From contig CAVXWP010000017.1 of assembly GCA_963765495.1 (NCBI GenBank), positions 96,001 through 160,000 of the forward strand: DNA of 64,000 bases, given 5' to 3'. Positions 27,842 through 37,388 of this stretch are shown in pieces. A model generated the notes under the pieces. It was not told the origin of the DNA, ran no database searches, and saw nothing but the letters and a program-made list of their open reading frames with translations. The position numbers and the translations under genes are program-made. Position 1 is the first letter of the stretch. Each line of letters begins with the position of its first letter. This DNA comes from Blastocatellia bacterium (GTDB taxonomy: Bacteria > Acidobacteriota > Blastocatellia > UBA7656).

Positions 27842-28381
27842 TTCGCCTGCTTTCGGCAATATTTCATAGATAGAATCTCGCGGAGCATTTCGCTCCTTGT
27901 GGGTTGCGTAATTGAAAGCTGATTCCCCCTATTGGCATCCGGCGGTTAATTGGGCGAGGCAGCGCCTCGCGATTAGCTTATTCGGAGCATATCAAGCAAG
28001 GTCCTGATGGTTGAACATTGCAGTCTCAATCTTTGTCCAGGATCGGGATGACTTCAAATTTTGTGGTTGAATTTACAAAAATCACTTTGCAGATCAAGCT
28101 TTAGGGAAAACCAGCGGACGTTCAAGGAAACTCATTGAGGATATTAGAAGAATACAAGCTGAAATCATTGGCGAACCGCTCGGACATTCCACACTATGCG
28201 CCGGTTTCACCTACGGCGAGAAGCAAGATGTCAATTACGACAGTATCGAGGAAGTATATGTCGTGTAACCCGGCGCAAAGATGCAAGCGGCATTAGATAC
28301 TGCCTGAACGGGTACGTATGCTGGATTGGCTTTGCGGTTTCGGAATATTGTGTAGGCAATAAAAATTTAAGGAGGAATTCC

Positions 28382-29770
28382 ATGAGACTCAGGAAGCAAA
28401 AACTCGTACCGTTTTTTGCATTGATGTTTGCGGCATTGCTGGCACTTCCCAGCGTGTTCAATTTCAATCCAAGCGCGGCGGCGGCGTTCACTCTAGATCA
28501 AACCCGAAATGATGTCAAAGCGAAGCCCAAGACGCGGCACGGCGGGCCGCACATTCCCAATGGCACAGCCCCGTCAAACGATGATTGCGCAAACGCCAAA
28601 GTGGTGACATCGGCCAACTGTCCGTACACCGACACTGTAGACACGTCGGAAGCAGGCGACGAGGCAGGCGAGCCGCAAAGCACCTGCACGCTTCAGGCAA
28701 ACAGTGTATGGTACAGCTTTACCTCGCCAACCCACCCGGCTACTGTATCGGTTGCGACCTGCTCCAGTTCGCCTCTTGACACAGCCCTGATGGTCTGGGA
28801 GCCCGAAGGTGGGCCGTGCGATTTCGCTAACTTTACGCCTGTCGCCTGTAACGATGATGCTTGCGGCGACGGACTTCAGTCTCAACTGTCGTTTACTGCC
28901 GAAGCGGGCGTAACCTATAAGATTCAGGCCGGCGGATTCGACGGAGATACCGGCAATCTGACAATAGACATTGATTGCGCGGAGCTACTCTGCGACCCTA
29001 TTTCCGTTAGCGGCACACTCGGCAGCGGCAGCCCTGACTGGCCAAGCACAAGCGGATTGCAGACTCCCAATCGTATATTCCGCGACGGCGTACCAAGCAG
29101 CTGCGCCGCTCCAAAGGCATGCCCCGGCACCTTCGGCTCAGGCTCGTTCAATTACGATGCCTATACCTTCACCAACGAAAGCAGCGACCCGCAGTGCGTC
29201 ACTGTAAATTATGATCCGAACTCGGGCGGCAACCCCGGTAGCGTTAACTTACATGCGGTTGTTTATCTCGGCAGCTACACCGAAACGGTCTGCCCGAACT
29301 ATCTGGCCGACTCAGGCTCAAGCGACACCCTGGCCTTCTCGTTCACCGTTCCGGGAGGAACCGATTTCGTAGTAGTCATAGTCGCAAACAACCCCGGTAC
29401 CGGCGTGGGCCAGACCTATAGCTTCACCATCGTAGGCAATATCTGCCGGGGATTCGATTACTGCATACAGGGCAACAACGCGTTGCGATTCATTCAGTTC
29501 AATTCCGAGACGGGCGCTTACCTGTATACCGATTGCTCGAAGGGTCTGACCCTCGAAGGAACCGGCACCATCACGGTGAGCTTCTGCAAACTCACGCTGA
29601 CCGATTCAGGACCGGTTCCGAAGTCCAAGGACCGCACCGTAAATGTCCAGGTAAATACCTGTACTCGAACGGCGACGGCCCAGGTCGTACGTGCTAAATC
29701 GGGGATAAATGCAAGCTTCTCAGACAGCAACATTGACAATAACAACTGCACGTGCCCCGGACCGCAATAA
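28382..29770 (+). CDS. Secreted Cys-rich beta-sandwich protein
   Basis: ATG 28382 after AAGGAGG; signal peptide; PSNDDCANA, VWYSFT, VACNDDAC and GVTYKIQAGG (PPC-like domain); Cys-bounded C-terminal domain. Confidence 0.85.
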   Translation: MRLRKQKLVPFFALMFAALLALPSVFNFNPSAAAAFTLDQTRNDVKAKPKTRHGGPHIPNGTAPSNDDCANAKVVTSANCPYTDTVDTSEAGDEAGEPQSTCTLQANSVWYSFTSPTHPATVSVATCSSSPLDTALMVWEPEGGPCDFANFTPVACNDDACGDGLQSQLSFTAEAGVTYKIQAGGFDGDTGNLTIDIDCAELLCDPISVSGTLGSGSPDWPSTSGLQTPNRIFRDGVPSSCAAPKACPGTFGSGSFNYDAYTFTNESSDPQCVTVNYDPNSGGNPGSVNLHAVVYLGSYTETVCPNYLADSGSSDTLAFSFTVPGGTDFVVVIVANNPGTGVGQTYSFTIVGNICRGFDYCIQGNNALRFIQFNSETGAYLYTDCSKGLTLEGTGTITVSFCKLTLTDSGPVPKSKDRTVNVQVNTCTRTATAQVVRAKSGINASFSDSNIDNNNCTCPGPQ

Positions 29771-29820
29771 CAGATTGGGCGAAACGAGATAAGCTTTCTC
29801 GTTATCCGCAATCGCTGATT

Positions 29821-29866
29821 AAAAGGGACAATAACCGGCTTAAGAGTCGGTTATTGTCCCTTTTTT
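29821..29866. terminator. Bidirectional Rho-independent terminator
   Basis: AAAAGGGACAATAACCGGCT-TAAG-AGTCGGTTATTGTCCCTTTTTT between convergent genes. Confidence 0.9.
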
Positions 29867-29960
29867 GATACGTGATACGTGAATCGTGATGCGTGATTTA
29901 CCCGGTTTGCAAATTGTCGTTTATAGGTGATCTGGTTGATAGTCACGCATCACTAATCAC
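29866..29960. repeat. Degenerate inverted heptamer array, (GTGATGC)n family
   Basis: TGATACGTGATACGTGAATCGTGATGCGTGA ... TCACGCATCACTAATCAC, touching the stop codon of the rlmI-like gene. Confidence 0.75.
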
Positions 29961-31117
29961 ATCTGCAAGACTATGCATTTCAGATAATAGGTTTCGGGCA
30001 TCGAGATCAGCACAGGATGGTCGCGCGACTGGGTACGCTTTTCGAGGATGCGCGCCGAGCGGTTAGCATCAGCCGAGGCGTCGGCCAACACATTCAGAAA
30101 ACGCTCTTCGCTCATGTGGTAAGAACAGGTGGAGGTAAAGAGCGTGCCGCCGGGGTTGAGCATCTTCATCGCCCGCAGATTTATCTCTTTGTATCCGCGC
30201 ATTGCCGATTCGATTGATGTCCGATTCTTGGCAAAGGCGGGCGGGTCAAGGTTGATAAGATCGAAACGCTCGCCCCGTTGTTCGGCTTCGCTCAGAAAAT
30301 CGAAAGCATTGGCCTCGATAAACTCTATGTTGTCGGCGGAATTCAACTCCGCGTTTCGCCGCGCCCGGTCGAGCGCCGATTTCGAAACATCGACGGCGAC
30401 GACGCTTGCGGCCCGGCGCGCAATGTGGAGCGCAAATCCACCCTCAAATGTAAAACAATCAAGCGCGCGCCCTCGCCCGTAGTTTGCTGCGGCCAGCCGG
30501 TTTTCGCGCTGATCCAGAAAGGAACCTGTCTTCTGCCCTTCAAGGAGATTAACCGCCGTCTTCACTCCCCCCTCTTCGATCACAATCTCGCCGGGGTCAG
30601 CGCCGTATACCAGCCCCGATGTCCGAGGCAATCCCTCAAGGTCACGCACCCGCGCCTCGTTTCGCTCTATGATTGCGCGAGGGCTGTACCGCTCCGCTAT
30701 CATCTCTATCCACATCGACTTTAGCCCGTCCATGCCCTGTGAAAGAGTCTGGATCACAAAGCAATCGTTGTAGCGATCCAGGATGAGCGAAGGCAAAAGG
30801 TCGCTCTCGCCGTTTACCAGCCGGTATGCGCTCGTATCACTCACAACCTGTTGTCTCAGCCTTTCGGCTGCCTCAAGCCGCGACGACCAGAAATCCTTAT
30901 CCGTTTCCCGGTCGTCGAAAGTGACGAAACGCAAAGCTATTTGCGATCTTGCGCTGTAGAGAGCGCGGCCCAATATCTTCCCGCCTTCATCCGTCACACG
31001 AACCGTCTCACCAGAGGGAACGTTACCCGCTCCAACAAGGTCGCTGCGATAGACCCAGCAGTGACGGGCGCGCACCCGCCTTGCTCCATGCTTGTTAATC
31101 CTGATTGTTGTAGCCAT
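29957..31117 (-). CDS. RlmI-family SAM-dependent rRNA methyltransferase
   Basis: PUA-like N-terminus, GESDLLPSLILDRY, GQKTGSFLDQRENR, LDPPAF and TSTCS motifs; start set to ATG 31117. Confidence 0.92.
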   Translation of the reverse strand: MATTIRINKHGARRVRARHCWVYRSDLVGAGNVPSGETVRVTDEGGKILGRALYSARSQIALRFVTFDDRETDKDFWSSRLEAAERLRQQVVSDTSAYRLVNGESDLLPSLILDRYNDCFVIQTLSQGMDGLKSMWIEMIAERYSPRAIIERNEARVRDLEGLPRTSGLVYGADPGEIVIEEGGVKTAVNLLEGQKTGSFLDQRENRLAAANYGRGRALDCFTFEGGFALHIARRAASVVAVDVSKSALDRARRNAELNSADNIEFIEANAFDFLSEAEQRGERFDLINLDPPAFAKNRTSIESAMRGYKEINLRAMKMLNPGGTLFTSTCSYHMSEERFLNVLADASADANRSARILEKRTQSRDHPVLISMPETYYLKCIVLQM

Positions 31118-31186
31118 TATGCTGGCATGATAGCCTTTATTCGCGTCAATGATAAATCCGAGCCGGGCGAGATTGCATCCGACAAC

Positions 31187-31840
31187 ATGAATGGTCAACC
31201 AACAGATCATCTGACGGGACATAAAGACACCCGCGAGACTTTGAGCGTCTTCATCGGGCTGGGGTCTAACCTCGGAGACCGCGAGGCCAATCTCCGCGAG
31301 GCAAGGGCGAGGATCGAAAAGATTGGCCTGGATATTATCCGCGCATCATCCGTCTATGAAACGGAGCCTGTCGGCTACAAAAATCAGGAGTGGTTTCTCA
31401 ATCAGGTGATTGAATGCCGCATCAAACCCGGCGCGGATACATCCCGTGATAAAGTGATTTCCGAGGTTGATTCAGACACAGATTTTCGCATCTCAGCCCT
31501 CGGGCTGCTCAACCGCCTGCTCGGTATCGAAGATGAGATGGGACGCAGGCGGCTGATACCCGGCGGCCCGCGCGTAGTCGATATTGATCTGTTGCTTTAC
31601 GGCGACAAACAGGTGGAGATCATTCGGGGAACCGCCCCGATAGGCTTGAGAAACGCGGCAGACAGAGCGGCGAGCCTCATCATCCCGCATCCCCGCATGC
31701 ACAGTCGTCGCTTCGTGCTTGAGCCGTTGTGCGAGATTGCGCCACGTTTCCTGCATCCGACTTCGGGCAAGACCTGCTGCGAACTGCTCGCCGCGCTTGA
31801 TGATCCGTCAATCGTTCGCCTGTACGGATCAGGCGGTTAG
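31187..31840 (+). CDS. folK: 2-amino-4-hydroxy-6-hydroxymethyldihydropteridine diphosphokinase
   Basis: FIGLGSNLGDR, SSVYETEP, FLNQV, GPRVVDIDLL and PHPRMHSRRFVLEPL motifs; the start is uncertain. Confidence 0.92.
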   Translation: MNGQPTDHLTGHKDTRETLSVFIGLGSNLGDREANLREARARIEKIGLDIIRASSVYETEPVGYKNQEWFLNQVIECRIKPGADTSRDKVISEVDSDTDFRISALGLLNRLLGIEDEMGRRRLIPGGPRVVDIDLLLYGDKQVEIIRGTAPIGLRNAADRAASLIIPHPRMHSRRFVLEPLCEIAPRFLHPTSGKTCCELLAALDDPSIVRLYGSGG

Positions 31841-34741
31841 CATCTTTGTCATCTCTTGCCCGTTCACCGTGGACGTGAGCGTGAGGCTTGAATTGCGGAA
31901 TGGCTTTCCATCCGAATCCCGCGCAACAAGGCTGTCAAACAGTGCGAAGACGGTGTTTTCGCCCGCATCGAAATTGTCGTAGAGCTTCAAAGCATTGCCG
32001 AAATCTCCAAGCGCATTTTCGAAATCGCGCGGAGAGAGTGCGGTCTTTGATTGCACAAGCCCCGCAAGTTTTACAAATCCCTTCACAAGACTCGCTTCTA
32101 TGAAATAGAGCGTGCTCAGTTGAAAAAGCTCGCTCTGCGGCAGCGTGACTTTCGCCGGAGCTTGCAGGTTCTTGAACGGAGAAGGCGCGATGGGGTTAAA
32201 GGTCAGCGAAGAGTTGTTTGTAAAGGCCGCCTGTCCCTGCGCCCACGCCTTCTGTATGCCGGGAGTCCAGTAACACCACGCCCTGTTGGCCAGCACCGGC
32301 CCCTGTTTCAGATAATTAGCCAGCACCATCTTGCGCATCACAAGCCTCAAAAACTGCTCGTCGCTTACGTCAAACGGCTTTGTAAAAAGCGACTTCAATC
32401 CATCCTCTGTGAATCGCGCATCATAGGTGATAGAGATATTGCCGAAATTTCCCTGACCATCTTTTGGAAGCAGGGGGACAAGCTCTGTTTCGGCTTCGGT
32501 CTCCGATGAGACGAGACCAAAATCGGCAGCAAAACTCAGATACTGACTGAGTTCCTGCGGCGTGGTGTCCGGGTCCTGGATTACCAGTTCGTAGCTCGCG
32601 GCCATGTTTGTGATAGTCTCTATCAGATACTGGTGACTGGCCTCGTCAAACTGGACCGCGCCGTTGGCTTCGCCTATAAAACGAAGCAAAAAGTTTGTAT
32701 AGACGCGCTCGCCGTTGCGCTTGCGCTCACGTTCTTTCTGGAGGTCGAGCGTGGTTATTATCGTAAGCTGGCTGCCGTCATTCGCCTGAATGCGTTGATC
32801 TGATTCCGTTATCACCCGGTCGAGCCCCTGATAATTCCAACCCAGATGCCAGCCCACAATGTTTATTGAAAAGCTGCTCTGGCGGGTAACTTTGTGTGTC
32901 AGTACGCCTTCGTTCAGCTTGACCGCGCCCGTCCCGTAACCGGCAAGCACACCTGAAAAATCGCCCCGCCCGGCCTGATTCATAAGACTTTTTCCCGCAT
33001 CAGTCGTCAGGTCCAACTCAAAATCAATAAGCGCGGTTTCGTCATCAGCCCGGCTGTATTCGTCGTTCAGAGTGAACTGGACGGAATCGCTCAGCGATTG
33101 CTTCAGCTTTGCGTAAATAGAGTTCTTGAAATTCTCTACGGAATCGAGCACTTGATGGAAACGGGTCACGGCCTTGCCCAGATCGCTATCGCTCAGCTTA
33201 TCGAGCGACTGGTCAATCATTCGCTCCACAAATCCGGTCAGCCGTTTGTCGGTCATGCTTTTGAGCGTGGGCAGATCAATCTGCCCCAACTCTTGAACAA
33301 AACCGTTGTAAGGGAATTTCGATTTAGCCAGGGCTATGACTTTTCGTATTTCGGCGTTGGCATCGTCTTCAATCAGATTGAGCACCCCGTCTGCGCGGGT
33401 CTTCAACTCGTCGAGCGAATTCACCTGCACGCCGCCTATGTTGATTTTGCCGAGCGCCCATCCTAAGGGATCGCCGCCGGTCAGTTGCTCAACCGCGCGC
33501 CACAGCACATTATCGGGCGAGATTACGCCGCTAAACCGCGATTTCAGGCTGTCCCAACTGGTCGCGTTATTGATGATATTGAGAGCGTCGGTAAGCTCCT
33601 GGTCAATCTCTCCCTTGCCCACATCGAAATACTTGTCAAACAGCGCCACGGCATTGTCGCCCGCGTTGTTATATTGATTGGCTACCTCGCGCACGCGGGC
33701 GAGCGCATCATTGAACAGATCGCTTTTGGCCAGTTCATCAAATGCCTTGCCGACGTATTCTTCGATAAATGATTTGGCCAGATTGTCGAGATAGGCATCG
33801 AGGTTTTTGAAGTCGGTCAGGTTTTGAATCTGATTGAAGAGGTTGAGCCAGTTCTTCGCATTCACGCCGATGACAGCTTCGAGCAGTTCATCGGCCGATG
33901 AGGGCAGTCCCTCCTGCTGAAATGTAGCCGAAGCCGACACATCGGCCGCTATCTTAAATCCCCTGGAGTCGTTTTTTGAAACGACCACTCGCACCCAGCC
34001 CGCCTCTGACCCCTGGCTGACTTTGACCTCAAATTGCCCGGCGACGTTGGCGTCGAGCCCTACAGTGCCCAGGACCGAAAATCCATACTTCTCGGCGAGT
34101 TGCAATTGATTGATCTGGAACGACGGCGAGCCGCTAATCGAGTAGCCCGCGCCTACTGTTCCTCCAAATTTCAAGTAACCGCCATAGTCGAGCGTGATGA
34201 CTTCTCCTTCGTCCAGAGGCTTATCCACATCGCCGGGCAGACGCAATGCTTTGAAAAAATCATCGACGAGATCAACAACAATCGTATCGGTCGGGTACGA
34301 GCGAATGAGCGCATAACCGCCGTTTGCCCCTGCGTCCAGAGTAGCGGAGGCGGAAAGCGACAGATAATTCAACTTCGCATCGACCGTTGCATCGGCGCTT
34401 GCCCCGGCCGTAAGGATAAGCAGCAATCGGTCGCTGTGATCGGTGAAGTAGTCGGCAATGCCGTATTGCCCGAGCACCTGAAGACTACTCGGCGAACTGG
34501 ACGCCCACAACGGTACGAGCGTGACGCTTGAGCCCGCTTTTATGCCGAGCTTTACGTCGTCGGGCGAGCCGATTGAAAACGTCTGCCCCGCGCCCTGTAG
34601 ATTGAAGCTCACGCTAAAGAGATTTGTGTCGGCAGGCGAGAGAGGCTTTGTAATATCGGGTACGCTGACGTGGACTTGCAGCGTGCCATCTCCACCGGCC
34701 CAGAATGGAATATTGCTCTTGTTCAGGTTGATGTCGGGCAT
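31829..34741 (-). CDS. Large hypothetical protein (970 aa, no signal peptide)
   Basis: Long ORF with an AAAGGAG RBS; no family recognised. Confidence 0.85.
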   Translation of the reverse strand: MPDINLNKSNIPFWAGGDGTLQVHVSVPDITKPLSPADTNLFSVSFNLQGAGQTFSIGSPDDVKLGIKAGSSVTLVPLWASSSPSSLQVLGQYGIADYFTDHSDRLLLILTAGASADATVDAKLNYLSLSASATLDAGANGGYALIRSYPTDTIVVDLVDDFFKALRLPGDVDKPLDEGEVITLDYGGYLKFGGTVGAGYSISGSPSFQINQLQLAEKYGFSVLGTVGLDANVAGQFEVKVSQGSEAGWVRVVVSKNDSRGFKIAADVSASATFQQEGLPSSADELLEAVIGVNAKNWLNLFNQIQNLTDFKNLDAYLDNLAKSFIEEYVGKAFDELAKSDLFNDALARVREVANQYNNAGDNAVALFDKYFDVGKGEIDQELTDALNIINNATSWDSLKSRFSGVISPDNVLWRAVEQLTGGDPLGWALGKINIGGVQVNSLDELKTRADGVLNLIEDDANAEIRKVIALAKSKFPYNGFVQELGQIDLPTLKSMTDKRLTGFVERMIDQSLDKLSDSDLGKAVTRFHQVLDSVENFKNSIYAKLKQSLSDSVQFTLNDEYSRADDETALIDFELDLTTDAGKSLMNQAGRGDFSGVLAGYGTGAVKLNEGVLTHKVTRQSSFSINIVGWHLGWNYQGLDRVITESDQRIQANDGSQLTIITTLDLQKERERKRNGERVYTNFLLRFIGEANGAVQFDEASHQYLIETITNMAASYELVIQDPDTTPQELSQYLSFAADFGLVSSETEAETELVPLLPKDGQGNFGNISITYDARFTEDGLKSLFTKPFDVSDEQFLRLVMRKMVLANYLKQGPVLANRAWCYWTPGIQKAWAQGQAAFTNNSSLTFNPIAPSPFKNLQAPAKVTLPQSELFQLSTLYFIEASLVKGFVKLAGLVQSKTALSPRDFENALGDFGNALKLYDNFDAGENTVFALFDSLVARDSDGKPFRNSSLTLTSTVNGQEMTKMLTA

Positions 34742-34920
34742 CGTCGCTCTCCTTTCTTTGTAACTCGCAGATCAATACCTCGCGCTCCTAATTCAAATGA
34801 TGCGTTTATTACAGACGTATGAAAGTCTCTACAATTACAATCTGAATTGCAAGGCGAGCGGAAAAGAAAGAAGGCATGGCAGGGCCATTCAGTTTGCCAA
34901 AATGTAGGATAGGAAAATGG

Positions 34921-35023
34921 GAATAGACCGCGGATGACGCGGATGCGGCGGATCTACGCGGATCTGACCCAATTAGGTTTAATCCGCGAAAATCCGCCGC
35001 ATCCGCGTCATCCGCGGCCTATT
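34921..35023. repeat. Inverted 9-mer array hairpin, (CGCGGAT-NN)n family
   Basis: AATAGACCGCGGATGACGCGGATGCGGCGGATCTACGCGGAT ... ATCCGCGAAAATCCGCCGCATCCGCGTCATCCGCGGCCTATT. Confidence 0.9.
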
Positions 35024-35110
35024 TCAAGTATTCTAACTGCATCTTGAAAATCTATATGATTTTACGAATTCGAGTGTCAAACCTCATCATCTGATTAGAT
35101 TTGGTATAAG

Positions 35111-35181
35111 TTGCCAAAATGTAGATCAGGGAATTTGGAATAGACCGGGACGAGCGCAGATCGGGCGGATCTACGCGGGTC
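35111..35181 (+). repeat. Degenerate direct copy of 34894-34964 (flank plus left arm of the 9-mer hairpin)
   Basis: Both copies read TTGCCAAAATGTAG...GGAATAGACCG...GGCGGATCTACGCGG. Confidence 0.8.
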
Positions 35182-35280
35182 AGATATTGCTTGAGTTTAT
35201 CGGTGGCCTGCGAAACAAAACGGTTCTAAAGACTCTGGAAAGGGAGTTCATTCACACCCGTTCATATGAAACCTCAAATC

Positions 35281-35928
35281 TCAGAGGTCGCTGCTGCGGC
35301 TGGTCGAAACTCTTCGCCTTTTCCATACGGTCCACGATGCCAGAAAAGCTAAAGCGCCAAGCCCGGCCGCCAGCCAGGGCGTGGGGTTCAGTGATGCGGA
35401 CGAACCCAGCCCGGACTCTTGAGGAGTCCGGGTGAGATTGACTGCAACACCATTGAGCGTTTTCTCGACATCATCAGCCGTCAGCTTGCGTTGAACTATC
35501 TGGACATCGAGCAATTTGCCATTTTTTCCTGCGACCTGAACATCGCCGTTCGCGCCCAGTTTTACAAGCGCGCTGCTTGTGATGCCTCTGTACTCGCCCG
35601 TGATTGCAAGCACCCACGTCCCTTCCGAAGGCCACTGGCGATCTATCGCGAAGACGCCCGTTGACATTGGTCTTATCTTAACAGGCAAAGACTGGCGCTT
35701 GCCGTTGACCAGTCCCTCGGCTGTGACTGTCAACGCCGCGTCTGTAGGTACGTGACATCCGTATGGACGCACCACCAGCACCGCGTCCTTTAAATCAGGA
35801 TCACTTACAGAAGCCGGAGCCTCCACAGAGATGAAAAACCCTCCAGCAAATGCTACCGTCGCGGGCAGAAGTATTGCCGCCAACATCAAAGAGCACGCTA
35901 CTGATCTGATCAAATTTCTTCCCGACAT
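35281..35928 (-). CDS. Exported hypothetical protein with C-terminal TM anchor
   Basis: AAGGAGG RBS; signal peptide ending AFA; C-terminal hydrophobic helix followed by KRRR. Confidence 0.8.
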   Translation of the reverse strand: MSGRNLIRSVACSLMLAAILLPATVAFAGGFFISVEAPASVSDPDLKDAVLVVRPYGCHVPTDAALTVTAEGLVNGKRQSLPVKIRPMSTGVFAIDRQWPSEGTWVLAITGEYRGITSSALVKLGANGDVQVAGKNGKLLDVQIVQRKLTADDVEKTLNGVAVNLTRTPQESGLGSSASLNPTPWLAAGLGALAFLASWTVWKRRRVSTSRSSDL

Positions 35929-36033
35929 GCGAGTTCCTCCTTAAAAGTAAATTCGACCCTTAGACGCAGGTAGCTTCGATTTTCTTCCATCTCAATTTTC
36001 TTGAGCGTGAGAAATCTCTTCAGACGCGCGACA

Positions 36034-36075
36034 GCGCCCGTCTGAGAATCGGGATTTCAAATCTCAGACGGGCGC
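36034..36075. repeat. Perfect 14-bp inverted repeat downstream of kynU (possible terminator)
   Basis: GCGCCCGTCTGAGA-14 nt-TCTCAGACGGGCGC. Confidence 0.7.
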
Positions 36076-36104
36076 GTGTGAAAGAGATGTATTTACCGGT
36101 GTGC

Positions 36105-37286
36105 TTAATGCGCGAGTGCGGCGCTGTGCTGTTCGTAGGCTTTTGTATCGAGAATAGTCTTGATCTCTCGAATGATCAGTTCAAGCTCTTCATCTCTGGA
36201 ATAAAAATGGGGCGCTATTCGAATCCCCGCGCCCGGACGGTAATCAACCAGAAATTCTCGCCGCGCCAGTTCCTGAGTCACCTGCTTGCCGTGTGGCACA
36301 TCAACGACCACAGTGCCGCCGCGACTGCCTGATTCTTTTGGCGAGTTGACTCGGAATCCCGCCTCTTCGGCCAGCCCTATCAGCCGCGTAGTCTGACGTA
36401 TGGATTTCTCTCTTATCTTATCTACGCCGACCTCGTTGATAATCTCGTATCCGCTTTGCGCGGCATACATTGCCGGTATGGCTGGCGAGCCGTGCATAAA
36501 TCGGAATATATCATCCGCGTATTCAATCGGACCTATGTCGAAGGCGAACGGCTGTTTATGCGCCACCCAGCCCGTCAGCTTCGGTTCAAGCTCGGGCCAC
36601 AGATCGCGTCTGACATAGAGGTAACCTGCGCCCGGCCCTCCGCAAAGCCACTTCACCGACCCGCCCGTCGCAAAATCGACTCCGACCTCCCGCACATTCA
36701 AAGGGACGGTGCCCGCTGATTGATAGATGTCGGCCACGACCATCGCGCCGACCTCGTGCGCGCGTTCGGTGATGGCTTTCAAATCCTGAATATATGCGCT
36801 GCGAAAGATCACGTGCGAAACCGAAACCAGCCGGGTCTCTTCATCGATGGCCTCAAGCATTCGCTCAAGCGGGATCGTTATGCCGTCTTCCGAATCTACG
36901 GTGACAACGCGCGCTCCTTCCCTCTCCAGCGCGTGGTAAATATAAATATTCGTAGTGAAGTTCAAATTTTCGGTCACGATCTTGTTGCGTCTGTCAGACC
37001 AGTCGAAACAGGAATTGATAATAGACTGGCAGATGGATACGTTCTGGTGCATGACGGTTTCGCCTTCGCCCGCGCCTATGATCCTGCCTATGAGATCGCC
37101 CGTCGCCCGGGGCATCTCCCACCAGCCTTCCTCCCATGCGCGAATGCCGCGCGTAGCCCAGGTGTCTGCATACTCCGCCAGGCGGTCACGCGTGCGGCGA
37201 GGCATCGCTCCCAGCGAGTGCGAAATAAGGTAAACCGTATTATCGAGTATCGGAAACTCTTTTCTCCATTCCAATAGCGTGTCCAT
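36105..37286 (-). CDS. kynU: Kynureninase (class V PLP enzyme)
   Basis: YLISHSLGAMP, DIYQSAG and GGSVKWLCGGPG motifs; directly downstream of tryptophan dioxygenase. Confidence 0.82.
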   Translation of the reverse strand: MDTLLEWRKEFPILDNTVYLISHSLGAMPRRTRDRLAEYADTWATRGIRAWEEGWWEMPRATGDLIGRIIGAGEGETVMHQNVSICQSIINSCFDWSDRRNKIVTENLNFTTNIYIYHALEREGARVVTVDSEDGITIPLERMLEAIDEETRLVSVSHVIFRSAYIQDLKAITERAHEVGAMVVADIYQSAGTVPLNVREVGVDFATGGSVKWLCGGPGAGYLYVRRDLWPELEPKLTGWVAHKQPFAFDIGPIEYADDIFRFMHGSPAIPAMYAAQSGYEIINEVGVDKIREKSIRQTTRLIGLAEEAGFRVNSPKESGSRGGTVVVDVPHGKQVTQELARREFLVDYRPGAGIRIAPHFYSRDEELELIIREIKTILDTKAYEQHSAALAH

Positions 37287-37300
37287 AAATGCCTCCCTGG

Positions 37301-37388
37301 CAGTGGTCGGTGGTCAGTTACCTGCCTATGTTTATTGTTGAATAAGAGCGATTGCTCGCAATTGACCAGTAATCACCGACCACCGACT
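37301..37388. repeat. Inverted heptamer array, (GTGGTCG)n family
   Basis: CAGTGGTCGGTGGTCAG ... TGACCAGTAATCACCGACCACCGACT between kynA and kynU. Confidence 0.75.

Noticed and set aside
28250-28340. GGCGCAAAG segment considered as a c-di-GMP-I riboswitch
   Set aside because: The GGCAAAC...GAAA P2 stem and the P3 consensus are not present.
14521-31222. Long N-terminal extensions in the ORF track (starts 14521, 15861, 20062, 24656, 28196, 30851, 31222)
   Set aside because: They run through repeats, leaders or neighbouring genes; downstream starts fit the RBS or family N-termini better.
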